A DNA stretch of 64,000 bases from positions 2,400,001-2,464,000 of the forward strand of contig OY970309.1 in the NCBI GenBank assembly GCA_963716395.1, read 5' to 3'. Both the position numbers and the translations under genes were made by a program. Origin of the DNA: an uncultured Fibrobacteria bacterium. GTDB taxonomy: Bacteria > Fibrobacterota > Fibrobacteria > UBA11236. This document shows, one piece after another, positions 49,515-58,827 of the stretch (within the stretch, counting starts at the first letter, position 1; the number at the start of each line of letters is the position of its first letter). The notes beneath the pieces were generated by a model. It searched no databases, was not told the origin of the DNA, and saw only the letters and a list, made by a program, of their open reading frames with translations.

Positions 49515-49679
49515 CTAGTCAATAGGCGCCGGACCGCTGAAAATGAGCCGTTGATGGCAATGTGGACAGTCCACGATATAACCATTACTCGGAGTTACCG
49601 GGCCAATCGCCCGAAAATACCAGCGACAAGCAGAGCATTGGACTTCGCAGTCGATGCCTGCTTCGGGAATGGCGTGCAT
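49515..49679 (-). CDS. Small zinc-ribbon protein (54 aa, CxxC-x19-CxxC), not in the ORF track
   Basis: MHAIPEAGIDCEVQCSACRWYFRAIGPVTPSNGYIVDCPHCHQRLIFSGPAPID*; purine-rich gaagagg upstream, at long spacing. Confidence 0.6.
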   Translation of the reverse strand: MHAIPEAGIDCEVQCSACRWYFRAIGPVTPSNGYIVDCPHCHQRLIFSGPAPID

Positions 49680-49811
49680 GGTTTTGCCGCGCGCCTCTTC
49701 ATTCCGAAATTAGACTCGGGGAAAGCTGTTGCGATCCGGCTCTGCCTCCGCGGGGGAATCCATGCGACTTCCATCACCGGCGCCGGTTCCGGGCGCGCTA
49801 AAGACGCAGCG

Positions 49812-50579
49812 TTACGCTGCGCAAATCAGTTGGGGAGCGAAATCAAGGTAATCGCAGGCGGCGAGATGATACTCCACCCCGTCCAGAACGCCGAAGGCCT
49901 TGCCTTTCCATTCGGGTTTGAGGGAATGCAAATGGCCGAACACGGCGTGCTTCGCCCCGGTCGCCGCGATCAGCGACGCGGCGCGTGACGGCGACAGGAG
50001 GTGCCCGAGCGGGGGATAATGCGTGAGCGCGATGCGCGGGCCGGGTTCATGCTGCGGCAGCGAGGCCGCGCTCAGGCGCAGGCGGTGCAATTCGCGTTCG
50101 TAGAGGCGCTCCTGCGTTTCCAAATTCTGCGCGTTCTTCAATCCGGGGATTTCCCCCTTGGCCGGATCCCAGGCGATGAGATCGAAGACCGAGTATTCCG
50201 CGGTGTCCCACAGCCGCGACCCGAAAAAGAAAAACGGGCCCACGCGCACGTGGTTGTTGTGGATGAAGCGGATCGAGGGCGGCAGTTCCGCGTCGAGCTG
50301 CGCCGACGAAGGCCACCAGTAATCGTGGTTTCCGCGCAGCAGCACCTTGACGCCGGGCAGGGCGTCGAGCCAGGCGAGATCGGGCCGCGCCTGGTCGAGG
50401 CGTTTGGCCCAGCTGATGTCGCCGGGCACCAGCACCACGTCGCGCGCGCCCACCCGCTCGCGCCAATGCCGCGCGATTTTTTCGGGATGGCCGATCCATT
50501 CGGGGCCGAAGCGGTCCATGCTTTTGTCGGGGGTGCCGAAAGCCAGATGGGGGTCGGAAAGGGCGAAAACCTTCATCAT
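49812..50579 (-). CDS. Calcineurin-like metallophosphoesterase
   Basis: SDPH, PGDISWA, RGNHDYWW, THYPP, FGHLH. Confidence 0.9.
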   Translation of the reverse strand: MMKVFALSDPHLAFGTPDKSMDRFGPEWIGHPEKIARHWRERVGARDVVLVPGDISWAKRLDQARPDLAWLDALPGVKVLLRGNHDYWWPSSAQLDAELPPSIRFIHNNHVRVGPFFFFGSRLWDTAEYSVFDLIAWDPAKGEIPGLKNAQNLETQERLYERELHRLRLSAASLPQHEPGPRIALTHYPPLGHLLSPSRAASLIAATGAKHAVFGHLHSLKPEWKGKAFGVLDGVEYHLAACDYLDFAPQLICAA

Positions 50580-50662
50580 GGCGAAAGATGGCCATTTTTG
50601 GGAATAATGACAAAATATATCGGGCCGGTTGAAACTCTTTTCTTATTTCATAACCGGGTTAT

Positions 50663-51199
50663 ATGTCTCTCTTGACGCGTCAGGATATCGAAAGCGGGTT
50701 TGAACGATTGGCCCAATTGGCGCAATCTCAAGGTTGCACCCTGCGCCTGTTCGTGAGGGGAGGCGCGGCCATGGTGTTGGGGTATGATGCACGCCAATCC
50801 ACCCATGACATCGACGCCTTGATTCTTTCTCCTCCCGAAGCGCGGATTGTTCGGGAATGGGTAAAAATCATTGCCAGCGAAAAAGGTTGGCCCGAAGACT
50901 GGTTGAACGATGCTGCGAAGGGTTATTTGAACGGACTGAATCCGGGGCTCTTGGTATTTAACTTCCCGGGGCTTGAGGTCAGACTTGTAGCGGCAGACCA
51001 ACTTTTGGCGATGAAGTTAGCGGCTTGGCGTGATGATGTGGATATCGAAGACGCCAGGCGGCTGCTGCAGAAATTGGCGGCAGGCCTAGAGAAGGGTGAA
51101 TTGTGGGAACGTGTGCTACCATTTCTCGCCGAAGGATTCAAATTGAAGGCGCAGTTTGCATTCGATGATTTATGGGAGAGCACCCATGGTTCGAATTGA
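50663..51199 (+). CDS. DUF6036-like nucleotidyltransferase (putative toxin)
   Basis: GGAAMVLGY..RQSTHDIDA, DWLNDAAKGY, LLAMKLAAWR..DIED. Confidence 0.75.
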   Translation: MSLLTRQDIESGFERLAQLAQSQGCTLRLFVRGGAAMVLGYDARQSTHDIDALILSPPEARIVREWVKIIASEKGWPEDWLNDAAKGYLNGLNPGLLVFNFPGLEVRLVAADQLLAMKLAAWRDDVDIEDARRLLQKLAAGLEKGELWERVLPFLAEGFKLKAQFAFDDLWESTHGSN

Positions 51200-51542
51200 G
51201 AATCTTGCTGAAGCGGCCTTAAGGCACGACGGCCTGCTCCTCCGGAGTCTCGCCCAGGATCTGCTGCGCGCGGAACCGGACCTTGGGAAAGTTCCCGATC
51301 CGCAAACCGGGGATGCCCGCGTGCGCATGGCTTCGGCCGCTTTGATTGAATTGTTGGCGGAGCGTACGGGCCAGGCGGCCCCGAGTTGGGCGAAAAGCAT
51401 CGGCAAACTTCCGGAACCATTTTTCCTGTTGGCATCGGCGGCAAGCATGAAACGGCTGCGTCTTTTGTGCGAGCAACAATCTCCCGAGCCTTTGCGGCGT
51501 CATGGCTTTTTCGCGCCGCCGAATTTTTTGGAATTCGTTTAA
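51186..51542 (+). CDS. Hypothetical partner protein of the nucleotidyltransferase (putative antitoxin)
   Basis: Overlaps the NTase end; AALIELLAER.G..AP.W...LPEPFF...SPEPLRRHGF pattern. Confidence 0.65.
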   Translation: MVRIENLAEAALRHDGLLLRSLAQDLLRAEPDLGKVPDPQTGDARVRMASAALIELLAERTGQAAPSWAKSIGKLPEPFFLLASAASMKRLRLLCEQQSPEPLRRHGFFAPPNFLEFV

Positions 51543-51564
51543 GGGCGCCGCAAACATTAGGGTG

Positions 51565-52752
51565 ATGGAAATGGGCGATCAAAATGAGCCCCGCGTGATC
51601 TTCCACGTCGACATGGACGCTTTCTACGCCGCCATCGAGCAGTTGGAGCATCCGGAATGGCGCGGCCGACCCGTCATCGTGGGCGGCGTGCACTCGGCGC
51701 GCGGCGTGGTGTCGACCGCCTCGTACGAGGCCCGCGTCTTCGGCGTGCATTCGGCCATGCCCGTGCGCGAGGCGCGGCGCCTCTGCCCGCAGGGAATTTT
51801 CACGCCCGGCCGCCATGACGTTTATCACGAATATTCCCGCCGGCTGCGGGAGGTTTTGGCCGCTTTCAGCCCCGAGGTCGAACCGATTTCGGTGGACGAG
51901 GCTTTTCTCGACATGAGCGGCACGTCCGGGTTGTTCGGGCCGCCCGCGGCGGCGGCGCGCCGGCTCAAAGACGCGGTGTCGGCTGCGTTGCGGCTTACGG
52001 CGTCGGTGGGCGTGGCGCCGAACAAGTTCCTGGCCAAAATCGCCTCGGACCTGCGCAAGCCCGACGGGCTGGTGCTGGTGCGCACCGAAGAGGCCGCCGC
52101 TTTTCTCGACCCCTTGCCGGTGGAAAAGCTGATGGGCGTGGGCCCGCGTACCGCGCCCGCCTTGCACCGCCTGGGGTTGCGCACCATCGGCCAGGTGCGG
52201 CGCCTGGGCGCCGAAGCCTTGAACCGCGCCTTGGGCGAGGGGTTCGGATCGCAGTTGTACGCCCTGGCCTGCGGCCGCGATGAACGCGAAGTGGAAAGTG
52301 CAGGCCGGGAAAAAAGCCTGTCGCATGAGATGACCTTCGAGCGCGATTGCGGCGACCGCGAGGTGTTGGCGGCGCATTTGATCGACCTCTGCGATCGCGT
52401 GGCGCGGCGCGCGCGGCGGGGCGGCCTGTCGGGCCGCACGGTTTCGTTGGTGTGGCGCGATCCTGATTTCAGCCGGCATGCCCGCAGCCGCACCTTGTCT
52501 GAACCCACCCAGGACAGCCGGGTTTTATTCTCCCAGGCCGAGGCGATGCTGGCCGAATTGCGCGGCCGCCCAAGCTTCCGGCTGCTGGGCCTGCGGCTGT
52601 CGGGATTCGCCCCGGTGGCCGCGCAATTGTCGCTGTTCCCTCCGCCCCGTGCCGCGGGTTTGGATCGCGCCGCCGACGCGGTGCGCGATCGTTTCGGCGA
52701 AGACGCCATTTTTCGGGGCCGCGCCCTGCGCAGCGAAGAAGAACGCGAATGA
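51565..52752 (+). CDS. dinB: DNA polymerase IV
   Basis: HVDMDAFYAAIE, TASYEAR.FGV.SAMP, SVDEAFLD, NKFLAKIASDLRKPDG. Confidence 0.96.
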   Translation: MEMGDQNEPRVIFHVDMDAFYAAIEQLEHPEWRGRPVIVGGVHSARGVVSTASYEARVFGVHSAMPVREARRLCPQGIFTPGRHDVYHEYSRRLREVLAAFSPEVEPISVDEAFLDMSGTSGLFGPPAAAARRLKDAVSAALRLTASVGVAPNKFLAKIASDLRKPDGLVLVRTEEAAAFLDPLPVEKLMGVGPRTAPALHRLGLRTIGQVRRLGAEALNRALGEGFGSQLYALACGRDEREVESAGREKSLSHEMTFERDCGDREVLAAHLIDLCDRVARRARRGGLSGRTVSLVWRDPDFSRHARSRTLSEPTQDSRVLFSQAEAMLAELRGRPSFRLLGLRLSGFAPVAAQLSLFPPPRAAGLDRAADAVRDRFGEDAIFRGRALRSEEERE

Positions 52753-52826
52753 AACTTGGATCACGTACCCTCGCTGTTGCCGGCCAACGGTTTCGAACAT
52801 CCGGCCCGACATGATATACTCGGGCG

Positions 52827-53837
52827 ATGGAGACGGCGATTCCCGGGCGTTGGCTGCTGGTGCTTCCGCCCGAAGGCGCGGCGCGGCAGGTCGGGCAACA
52901 TCTGTGGGCCGCGATGGAAGCTTTGCTGCCCGCCGAACGCCGCCAATGCTTTGACACAGCCGCGCATTTGCGGACCCTGGATCAGATGCTGCGCCTTGCC
53001 GGCGACGAATTGGCCGTGGATTTCATGGGTCAGAGCCTGGCGGTGCAGGCGCTCGACTTCGGCGCCACCCACGTGGTGATTATGGCGTTGGCACCCGTGA
53101 CGTATTTCACCGTGAACCTGCTCAAGCGGCAAGGGGTCAAGACCGTGCATTGGTTCATCGAGGATTACCGCCGCGCGCGCTATTGGGAAAAGGTGCTGCC
53201 GGCCTATACGCATTGGTTCGCCATTCAGCGCGGGCCCATGGAGGCGGCCTGCGCGTCCGCCGGCGTGCGCTGCGCGTATTTGCCCACGGCGGCCGAGGTC
53301 GCGGCCGGGCCGCCGCTGCGGCCCTGGGCGCAGCGCCGTTATGATCTGGCCTTCGTGGGTATGCCCAGCCCGTATCGCCTGCAGGTGTTGGAGGCGTTGC
53401 GGGCCGCGGGCTTGTCTTTGGCCCTGGCCGGACCCGGCTGGGATCGCGCGCCCGCGCCGTTGCGCGCCGGCGTGCTGCATTCGGAATGGGTCGACACACC
53501 CGTGACCTTGGAGTTACTGCGCGACGCGCGCCTGGGCCTGCATGCGCCCTATGACGATCCCGGCGCCGACCGCGCCGACGCCCATGTCAGCCCGCGGTTG
53601 TATGAAGTGCTGGCCTGCGGCGGCGCCTTGCTGTGCGAAGACTCTCCTCTTTGCCGCGAAGCCGTGGCGAGCCTGACCGCCGGATTTTTTGCCGGGCCCG
53701 ACGCGGCCCCCGCCGCCGCACTCCGCCTCTTGGCCCGCCCCCTGTCTACGGCGGACCAGGCTTTGCAACAAACCATGGTGGCGGAGCGGCATAATTATCG
53801 CGCGCGCTTTGCGTCCCTGGCGGCCGCCGCGGTATAA
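52827..53837 (+). CDS. CgeB-like / Glyco_trans_1_2 glycosyltransferase family protein
   Basis: VHWFIED, YDLAFVG.PSPYR, SPRLYEVLACGGALL, HNYRAR. Confidence 0.75.
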   Translation: METAIPGRWLLVLPPEGAARQVGQHLWAAMEALLPAERRQCFDTAAHLRTLDQMLRLAGDELAVDFMGQSLAVQALDFGATHVVIMALAPVTYFTVNLLKRQGVKTVHWFIEDYRRARYWEKVLPAYTHWFAIQRGPMEAACASAGVRCAYLPTAAEVAAGPPLRPWAQRRYDLAFVGMPSPYRLQVLEALRAAGLSLALAGPGWDRAPAPLRAGVLHSEWVDTPVTLELLRDARLGLHAPYDDPGADRADAHVSPRLYEVLACGGALLCEDSPLCREAVASLTAGFFAGPDAAPAAALRLLARPLSTADQALQQTMVAERHNYRARFASLAAAAV

Positions 53838-53857
53838 ACGTCGGGGCTTTGCGGATT

Positions 53858-54982
53858 TCAGGGAGCGGGTGCAGGCGCGGGAGGCAAACCCGGATCTTCG
53901 GGCGGCGGCGCATGCGTGCGCCGCAAATCCACGGCGAATACTTCTTCGTACATGGTCCAGATGCTGAGAAACAGCGAAGCCAGCACCGGCCCCATGACGA
54001 AGCCCGGCAATCCGAACAGTCCCAGACCGCCGAGCGTGGAGAGCAACACCAGCAAATCATGCATTTTGATGTCTTTGCCCACCAGCACCGGCCGCACCAG
54101 ATTGTCGACGGTCGAAATCACCAGCACGCCCACGATGACCACGGCCAACCCCGCGCCGGTGCGATGCTCCAGAAACAACACGATGGCCGTCGGCACCCAC
54201 ACCGCGGCGGTTCCCACCATGGGAAGTACCGAACAGAAAACCATCAGCACGCCGAGAAACACCGGCGATTGCAGTCCCGCCAGCGAATACAGCACGATGC
54301 CGATGGCGCCCTGCAGCATGCCCACCACCAGAATGCCTTTGAGCGTGGCGCGGCTCACCGACAGAAACTTTTGTAGCAGCACCTCCAGGTAATCGTCGCG
54401 CAGCGGGGAGCGTTGGATCAGTTTGCGCAGCAGGCGTTCCCCGTCCATGTAGAAGTAAAACATCATCAGCAGCATGATGAAGAATCCGGCCACGTTTCCC
54501 GCTACCAGCACCGACCAGCCGGCGCCCTGCTTAAAGGTGTACTGCACGGCCTGGTGCAGGGATTGCGCGGTAAAGCGCGACACGTCGGCCGGGCTCATGT
54601 AGGTCAGCAAAGCAGGAAAGCGATCGCGGGTTTCCTGCGCCAAGCGTTCCAAAGTGGCGGGCAAGGTGGCGAAGTTCACGGAATGGATCAAACCCAGGGC
54701 CTCGTGATAGGCCACGGTGATGGCGGCCGCCATGGGCAATACCAGCACCAGCATCACGATCAGCAAGGTGGTGAAAGAGGCCAGGGCGGGCCGGCGCAGA
54801 CGGCGCAGGAAGAAGCGGTACCAGGGATGCGTCATACCCGTGAACACCCCGGCCATGAGCAAAGTGAGCAAGAAGCTCCGGATCATGTACAGAAAACCCG
54901 CGCTGATCGCGGCCAGCACGAGGACGAAAGAAACTTTCTGAAACAGCGACTGGTTGCGGCTCGCGTCGCCGGCGTCGGGCAT
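53858..54982 (-). CDS. AI-2E family transporter
   Basis: Multiple TMs; FYFYMDG, LPMVGTAAVWVP, DNLVRPVLVG, GFVMGP. Confidence 0.9.
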   Translation of the reverse strand: MPDAGDASRNQSLFQKVSFVLVLAAISAGFLYMIRSFLLTLLMAGVFTGMTHPWYRFFLRRLRRPALASFTTLLIVMLVLVLPMAAAITVAYHEALGLIHSVNFATLPATLERLAQETRDRFPALLTYMSPADVSRFTAQSLHQAVQYTFKQGAGWSVLVAGNVAGFFIMLLMMFYFYMDGERLLRKLIQRSPLRDDYLEVLLQKFLSVSRATLKGILVVGMLQGAIGIVLYSLAGLQSPVFLGVLMVFCSVLPMVGTAAVWVPTAIVLFLEHRTGAGLAVVIVGVLVISTVDNLVRPVLVGKDIKMHDLLVLLSTLGGLGLFGLPGFVMGPVLASLFLSIWTMYEEVFAVDLRRTHAPPPEDPGLPPAPAPAP

Positions 54983-55022
54983 GGGTTAAAGCTAATTTTA
55001 ACCCTTGCCCACAGGCGTTCCC

Positions 55023-56057
55023 ATGCCGAATCCGCCACCGCCATCCCCCTCTCCGTCTCCCGGCACCGCGGTCGCGCAACCGACCGACTTCGTCCGCAAG
55101 GTGGGGCGGGGTAAAACTTTGGCGCGCGACCTGGAGTACCCGGAAGCCGTTCAGGCCTTCGGCCTTTTGCTCGACGGCCGCTTCACGGCCGCGCAGGCCG
55201 GCGCCTTTTTGCAGGCCCTGCGCATCAAGGAACTGAACGCACCGGAACTCGACGGTCTGCTCGCGGCCTTCTATACGCGCATGTTACCCTTGCCCGCCGC
55301 CCCGTCCGCGGGCTTCGCCTTGAACCTGGCCTCGGATACGGGCCGCAAGGGCGGGCTGTTGTCGTTGTTGGCCGCGCGCGTGCTGGCCGCGGCCGGGCTG
55401 CCGGTGGCCTTGGTGCGCAGCGATCCCATGCTGACGGGTAACCAGAATTCCTGGGACGCTACCTGGGCCGCTTGGACGCCGCCGCCTTCGGCCCCGGCGC
55501 CGTCGCTGTTCGCCGTCTACGCGATGCTTCCGGCGCTGCGGCCACTGCGCGAGCTGCGGCGCGAACTCGGTTTTCGCTCGTGCCTGCACACGGCGGAGAA
55601 AATGCTCCAGCCCTGGCCCGGAAGACCGCTGGTGCTGGGCATCTCGCACCGGCATTATGCCGAACGCATGGCCGGGGCCATGCGCCGGCGCGGCCTTTGG
55701 GGGAAAATCGTGCTGGGGAATCACGGCACCCCGGATCTGGTGCTGCACAAGGAAACCGAGATTTGGGAAGTGTCGGCGGCCGGCGACATCGGGGTGATCT
55801 CGGTGCACCCCGACGCGTTGGGATTGCATCCCGATCCCGGCCTCTACGCCCTGGGGGCTTTCGACCGCTGGCCCGAGGCCTGCGCGCAATCCGATTTCGG
55901 GTGGCTACGGCCCGCCCTGGAATACCAGTTGGCCTTCCTGCGTTATGCCGCGGGCGTGGCACCCGATCCCGTCGCCGGCGCCGCGGGGATCGACGCGGTG
56001 ATCCGCGCCGCGTGTTCGCAGACGATGTTAACTTCCTCTCTTCCCGGGGACACATGA
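55023..56057 (+). CDS. YbiB/TrpD-like (glycosyl transferase family 3) protein, divergent
   Basis: VRKVGRGKTLARDL, QAGAFLQALRIKE, LRRELGFRSCLHTAEKML. Confidence 0.7.
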   Translation: MPNPPPPSPSPSPGTAVAQPTDFVRKVGRGKTLARDLEYPEAVQAFGLLLDGRFTAAQAGAFLQALRIKELNAPELDGLLAAFYTRMLPLPAAPSAGFALNLASDTGRKGGLLSLLAARVLAAAGLPVALVRSDPMLTGNQNSWDATWAAWTPPPSAPAPSLFAVYAMLPALRPLRELRRELGFRSCLHTAEKMLQPWPGRPLVLGISHRHYAERMAGAMRRRGLWGKIVLGNHGTPDLVLHKETEIWEVSAAGDIGVISVHPDALGLHPDPGLYALGAFDRWPEACAQSDFGWLRPALEYQLAFLRYAAGVAPDPVAGAAGIDAVIRAACSQTMLTSSLPGDT

Positions 56058-57421
56058 AATCCGACACTGCCAAAACCGAGGCCGCGAAGTCCAAACCCAA
56101 AGGCCGATCCGGTGCGGCGCCCATTCAGGCGATCCGCGAGGTGTTCGGCTATTTGCGCCGCTACCGCGACCAGGTGTTCGTGATCAAAATCGACGACACG
56201 CTCATGGACTTGCCCCTGTTTCCCATGCTGGTGCGCGACATCGTACTGCTGCACCAAACCGGCATCCGCGTGGTGCTGGTGCCGGGCGCCAAGCATTCCA
56301 TCGACGCCGTGATGCAGAAATACGGCGTGGCGACGCGCACCGTGCGCGGCGTGCGCATCACCACGCCCGAGTCGATGCAACTGGCCAAACTGGGCGCCTC
56401 CAACGTGGCCAATGTGCTGCTCACCTTGTTGTCCGAAAATGCCGCCCATGGCGTGGTCGGCAATTGGGTGCGGGCCCGGGCCATGGGTGTGATCGACGGA
56501 TTGGATTACAAGCAAACCGGATCGGTGGAAAAGGTCGACGCGGCGCTTTTGCACGGCCTGCTCGACGACGGATTGATTCCCATCGTCTCCAACATCGGGT
56601 GGAATACGGTGGGGCGCGACTACAACCTGAACAGCAGCGAGTTGGCCGTGGCCGTAGCCTTGGCCGTGAAAGCCGGCAAACTGTTTTTCGCGGGCGCCGA
56701 AGCCGGCATTCCGGTGGTGGCCGATTGCCCCTTCGCCGAACCCGGTGAACTGCGCGCGGGATTTTTCTCGAACCTTGATCGCGACGAGGGCCGGGCGCTG
56801 CTGCGCGATTACCGCGAGGCCTTGCCGCCGGCTTCGATCGAACTGGTGACTTTGGCCTTGCAGGCCTTGAACGGCGGCGTCGAGCGGGTGCACGTGGTGC
56901 AGGGCGGCCGCGACGGCATTCTGCTGCAAGAGGTGTTCAGCAGTTCGGGCCAGGGCACCATGTTTTACCTCAACGCCTATGACGATATCCATCCGGCGCA
57001 GGCGGCCGACGTTCCGGAACTGTTGCGCATCATGCAACCTTATGTCGATGCGGGCGTGCTGGTGCAGCGCACGGGGGAAGACATCGCCCGCGAGTTGGAA
57101 TACTACGCCGTGTGCAAAATCGACGACACCTTGCAGGGCTGCGGCGCGCTCAAACCCTTCGGCAAATCGGCCGCCGAGTTGTATGCCTTGGTGGTCGATT
57201 CGGCCCATGCCGGCCGCGGCATCGGCGGAAAAATTGTCTCCTATCTCTTGCGCAATGCGCGCCAAGCCGGAATCAAGCGCGTGTTTCTGCTCACCACGCA
57301 AACCAGCGATTTCTTCATGCGCCTCGGGTTTCGCGAGGCGGCCGTATCGTCTTTGCCGCCCGAGCGGCGCAAGGCCTGGAGCCGCGCCCGCAATTCGCGC
57401 GTGCTGGTGCGGGGCGTTTAG
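56054..57421 (+). CDS. argA: Amino-acid N-acetyltransferase (N-acetylglutamate synthase)
   Basis: AAK-like domain (RITTPES, GVERVHVV...LLQEVFSSSGQGTM) plus GNAT domain (GCGAL, FLLTTQTSDFF). Confidence 0.9.
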   Translation: MKSDTAKTEAAKSKPKGRSGAAPIQAIREVFGYLRRYRDQVFVIKIDDTLMDLPLFPMLVRDIVLLHQTGIRVVLVPGAKHSIDAVMQKYGVATRTVRGVRITTPESMQLAKLGASNVANVLLTLLSENAAHGVVGNWVRARAMGVIDGLDYKQTGSVEKVDAALLHGLLDDGLIPIVSNIGWNTVGRDYNLNSSELAVAVALAVKAGKLFFAGAEAGIPVVADCPFAEPGELRAGFFSNLDRDEGRALLRDYREALPPASIELVTLALQALNGGVERVHVVQGGRDGILLQEVFSSSGQGTMFYLNAYDDIHPAQAADVPELLRIMQPYVDAGVLVQRTGEDIARELEYYAVCKIDDTLQGCGALKPFGKSAAELYALVVDSAHAGRGIGGKIVSYLLRNARQAGIKRVFLLTTQTSDFFMRLGFREAAVSSLPPERRKAWSRARNSRVLVRGV

Positions 57422-57460
57422 GCGCCACGGGGCGCGAGTTGGCGCCGTTGGGCGCTTTTG

Positions 57461-57499
57461 TGCCATTTACAATTGGCAATTGCCATTGTATAATGGCAA
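57461..57499 (+). promoter_or_regulatory. Tandem palindromic operators over the -10 box of the vapBC promoter
   Basis: tgccatttacaattggca (57461-57478) and ttgccattgtataatggcaa (57480-57499); TATAAT at 57489-57494. Confidence 0.75.
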
Positions 57500-57510
57500 C
57501 GGAGAATGGT

Positions 57511-57768
57511 ATGAAATCAAGTCTAGATCGGTTTGGCAGAATCGTGATTCCGAAAAAATTTCGGGATGATTTGGGGCTGGAGCCGGGAGATGCTGTGGAG
57601 GTGCGGGAGTTCGGTCGGGGGATTTTCTTGGAACCCGATCGCCAAACGGCGGCACTTTCGGTGCACGAAGGAGTGCTGGTTTATCAAGCCGATGCGTCCG
57701 GCGATGTGGATCAAGCCTTGCGGGAAACCCGCAAAAGCCGCATCGACCACCTGGGACTTTCGGTTTGA
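57511..57768 (+). CDS. vapB: AbrB/MazE/SpoVT-type antitoxin
   Basis: MKSSLDRFGRIVIPKKFRDDLGLEPGDAVEV; SD ggaga. Confidence 0.88.
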   Translation: MKSSLDRFGRIVIPKKFRDDLGLEPGDAVEVREFGRGIFLEPDRQTAALSVHEGVLVYQADASGDVDQALRETRKSRIDHLGLSV

Positions 57769-58199
57769 AGGCGTTTTTCGACACCTCGGTGCTGATTGCG
57801 GGAATGGTCACCAGCCATTCGCGCTACGCATCCGCCTTCCCCTGGTTGCGCAAAGGCGTCGCGGGTGAACTCGAATGGTTTGTCGGCGCGCATACTCTGG
57901 CCGAATTGTACGCGGTTCTCACGCGGTTGCCTTTGAAACCGAAAATACCACCGGCCGCGGCGTGGCGCATGATTCGTGAAAATGTGGAGCGCCACGCCGC
58001 GATCATTCCGCTCTCGGTGACGGATTATAAAAGCGTTTTGCAGTCCCAGGCCGAACTCGGTTTGGAAGGCGGAAATATTTATGACGCCTTGATTGCCAAG
58101 GCGGCCGAGAAGTCCGGAGCGGATGTGCTCTTGACCTTGAATCTCAAAGATTTTGTTTCGGTTTGGCCCAAAGGCAAGACGAAAATCCGGGAGCCCTAA
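57765..58199 (+). CDS. vapC: PIN-domain toxin
   Basis: FFDTSVL, AELYAVLTR, IYDALI, LTLNLKDF; overlaps the antitoxin stop. Confidence 0.9.
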   Translation: MKAFFDTSVLIAGMVTSHSRYASAFPWLRKGVAGELEWFVGAHTLAELYAVLTRLPLKPKIPPAAAWRMIRENVERHAAIIPLSVTDYKSVLQSQAELGLEGGNIYDALIAKAAEKSGADVLLTLNLKDFVSVWPKGKTKIREP

Positions 58200-58284
58200 T
58201 AAGGCGCACGGTCGCGCCTGTTTGCGCGCTCGCGGCGCTTCACGGAAAGGCTGGAACTGACCGTAACTCCCGCGTCACGCCCGT

Positions 58285-58812
58285 CTACTTGAACTCGCGT
58301 TCGAGCACCGAGACGATGAAGCGTTCCAGGCTGACCGGATAGAAGTGCGGCTGGGGACACCAAATCACGCCGCGGTTGATGATTTCGCCGCGCGTCAACT
58401 CGTTGAGGATTTTCTCGACCAATTCCTCCGAAGGTTCGGGCACGGCCTCGATCGACAATTCCTCGTTGCGGATGCGCAGGTTGTTGCGCGCGGCCAGGCG
58501 GAAGGAGAAAACCCGGCTGACCAAAGCGCGGTCCATGAAGGGCGTGCTTTCGGGTTCGGGAAAAATATCGGCGAAGCGTTCGTCCTGAGGCGAAACCGGA
58601 ATCACCAGTTTCGGACTCACCGAGATTTTTCCCGTCAGCTTCAGGCTTCCGGTTTCACCCTCCTCGGCGTCGCTTTCGTCATTGGGCCCGACCAAGGTGA
58701 AGGGCAAGGTGTGGTACCCCGACACGATGCCGGTGAGGGGGAGTCGGCGGATGTCGGTGTTTTCGTAAATGCGGCGCAGTTTTTCGGGGTCGGCTTGATA
58801 GCGTTCGGACAT
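58285..58812 (-). CDS. Hypothetical protein
   Basis: 175-aa ORF with genome-like codon usage and a TATTAT box 7 nt upstream; no motif recognised. Confidence 0.7.
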   Translation of the reverse strand: MSERYQADPEKLRRIYENTDIRRLPLTGIVSGYHTLPFTLVGPNDESDAEEGETGSLKLTGKISVSPKLVIPVSPQDERFADIFPEPESTPFMDRALVSRVFSFRLAARNNLRIRNEELSIEAVPEPSEELVEKILNELTRGEIINRGVIWCPQPHFYPVSLERFIVSVLEREFK

Positions 58813-58827
58813 CGTTTCAATAATACA

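Noticed and set aside
57461-58199. VapBC module as a novel system
   Set aside because: Ordinary AbrB-PIN type II TA pair with typical autoregulatory palindromes.
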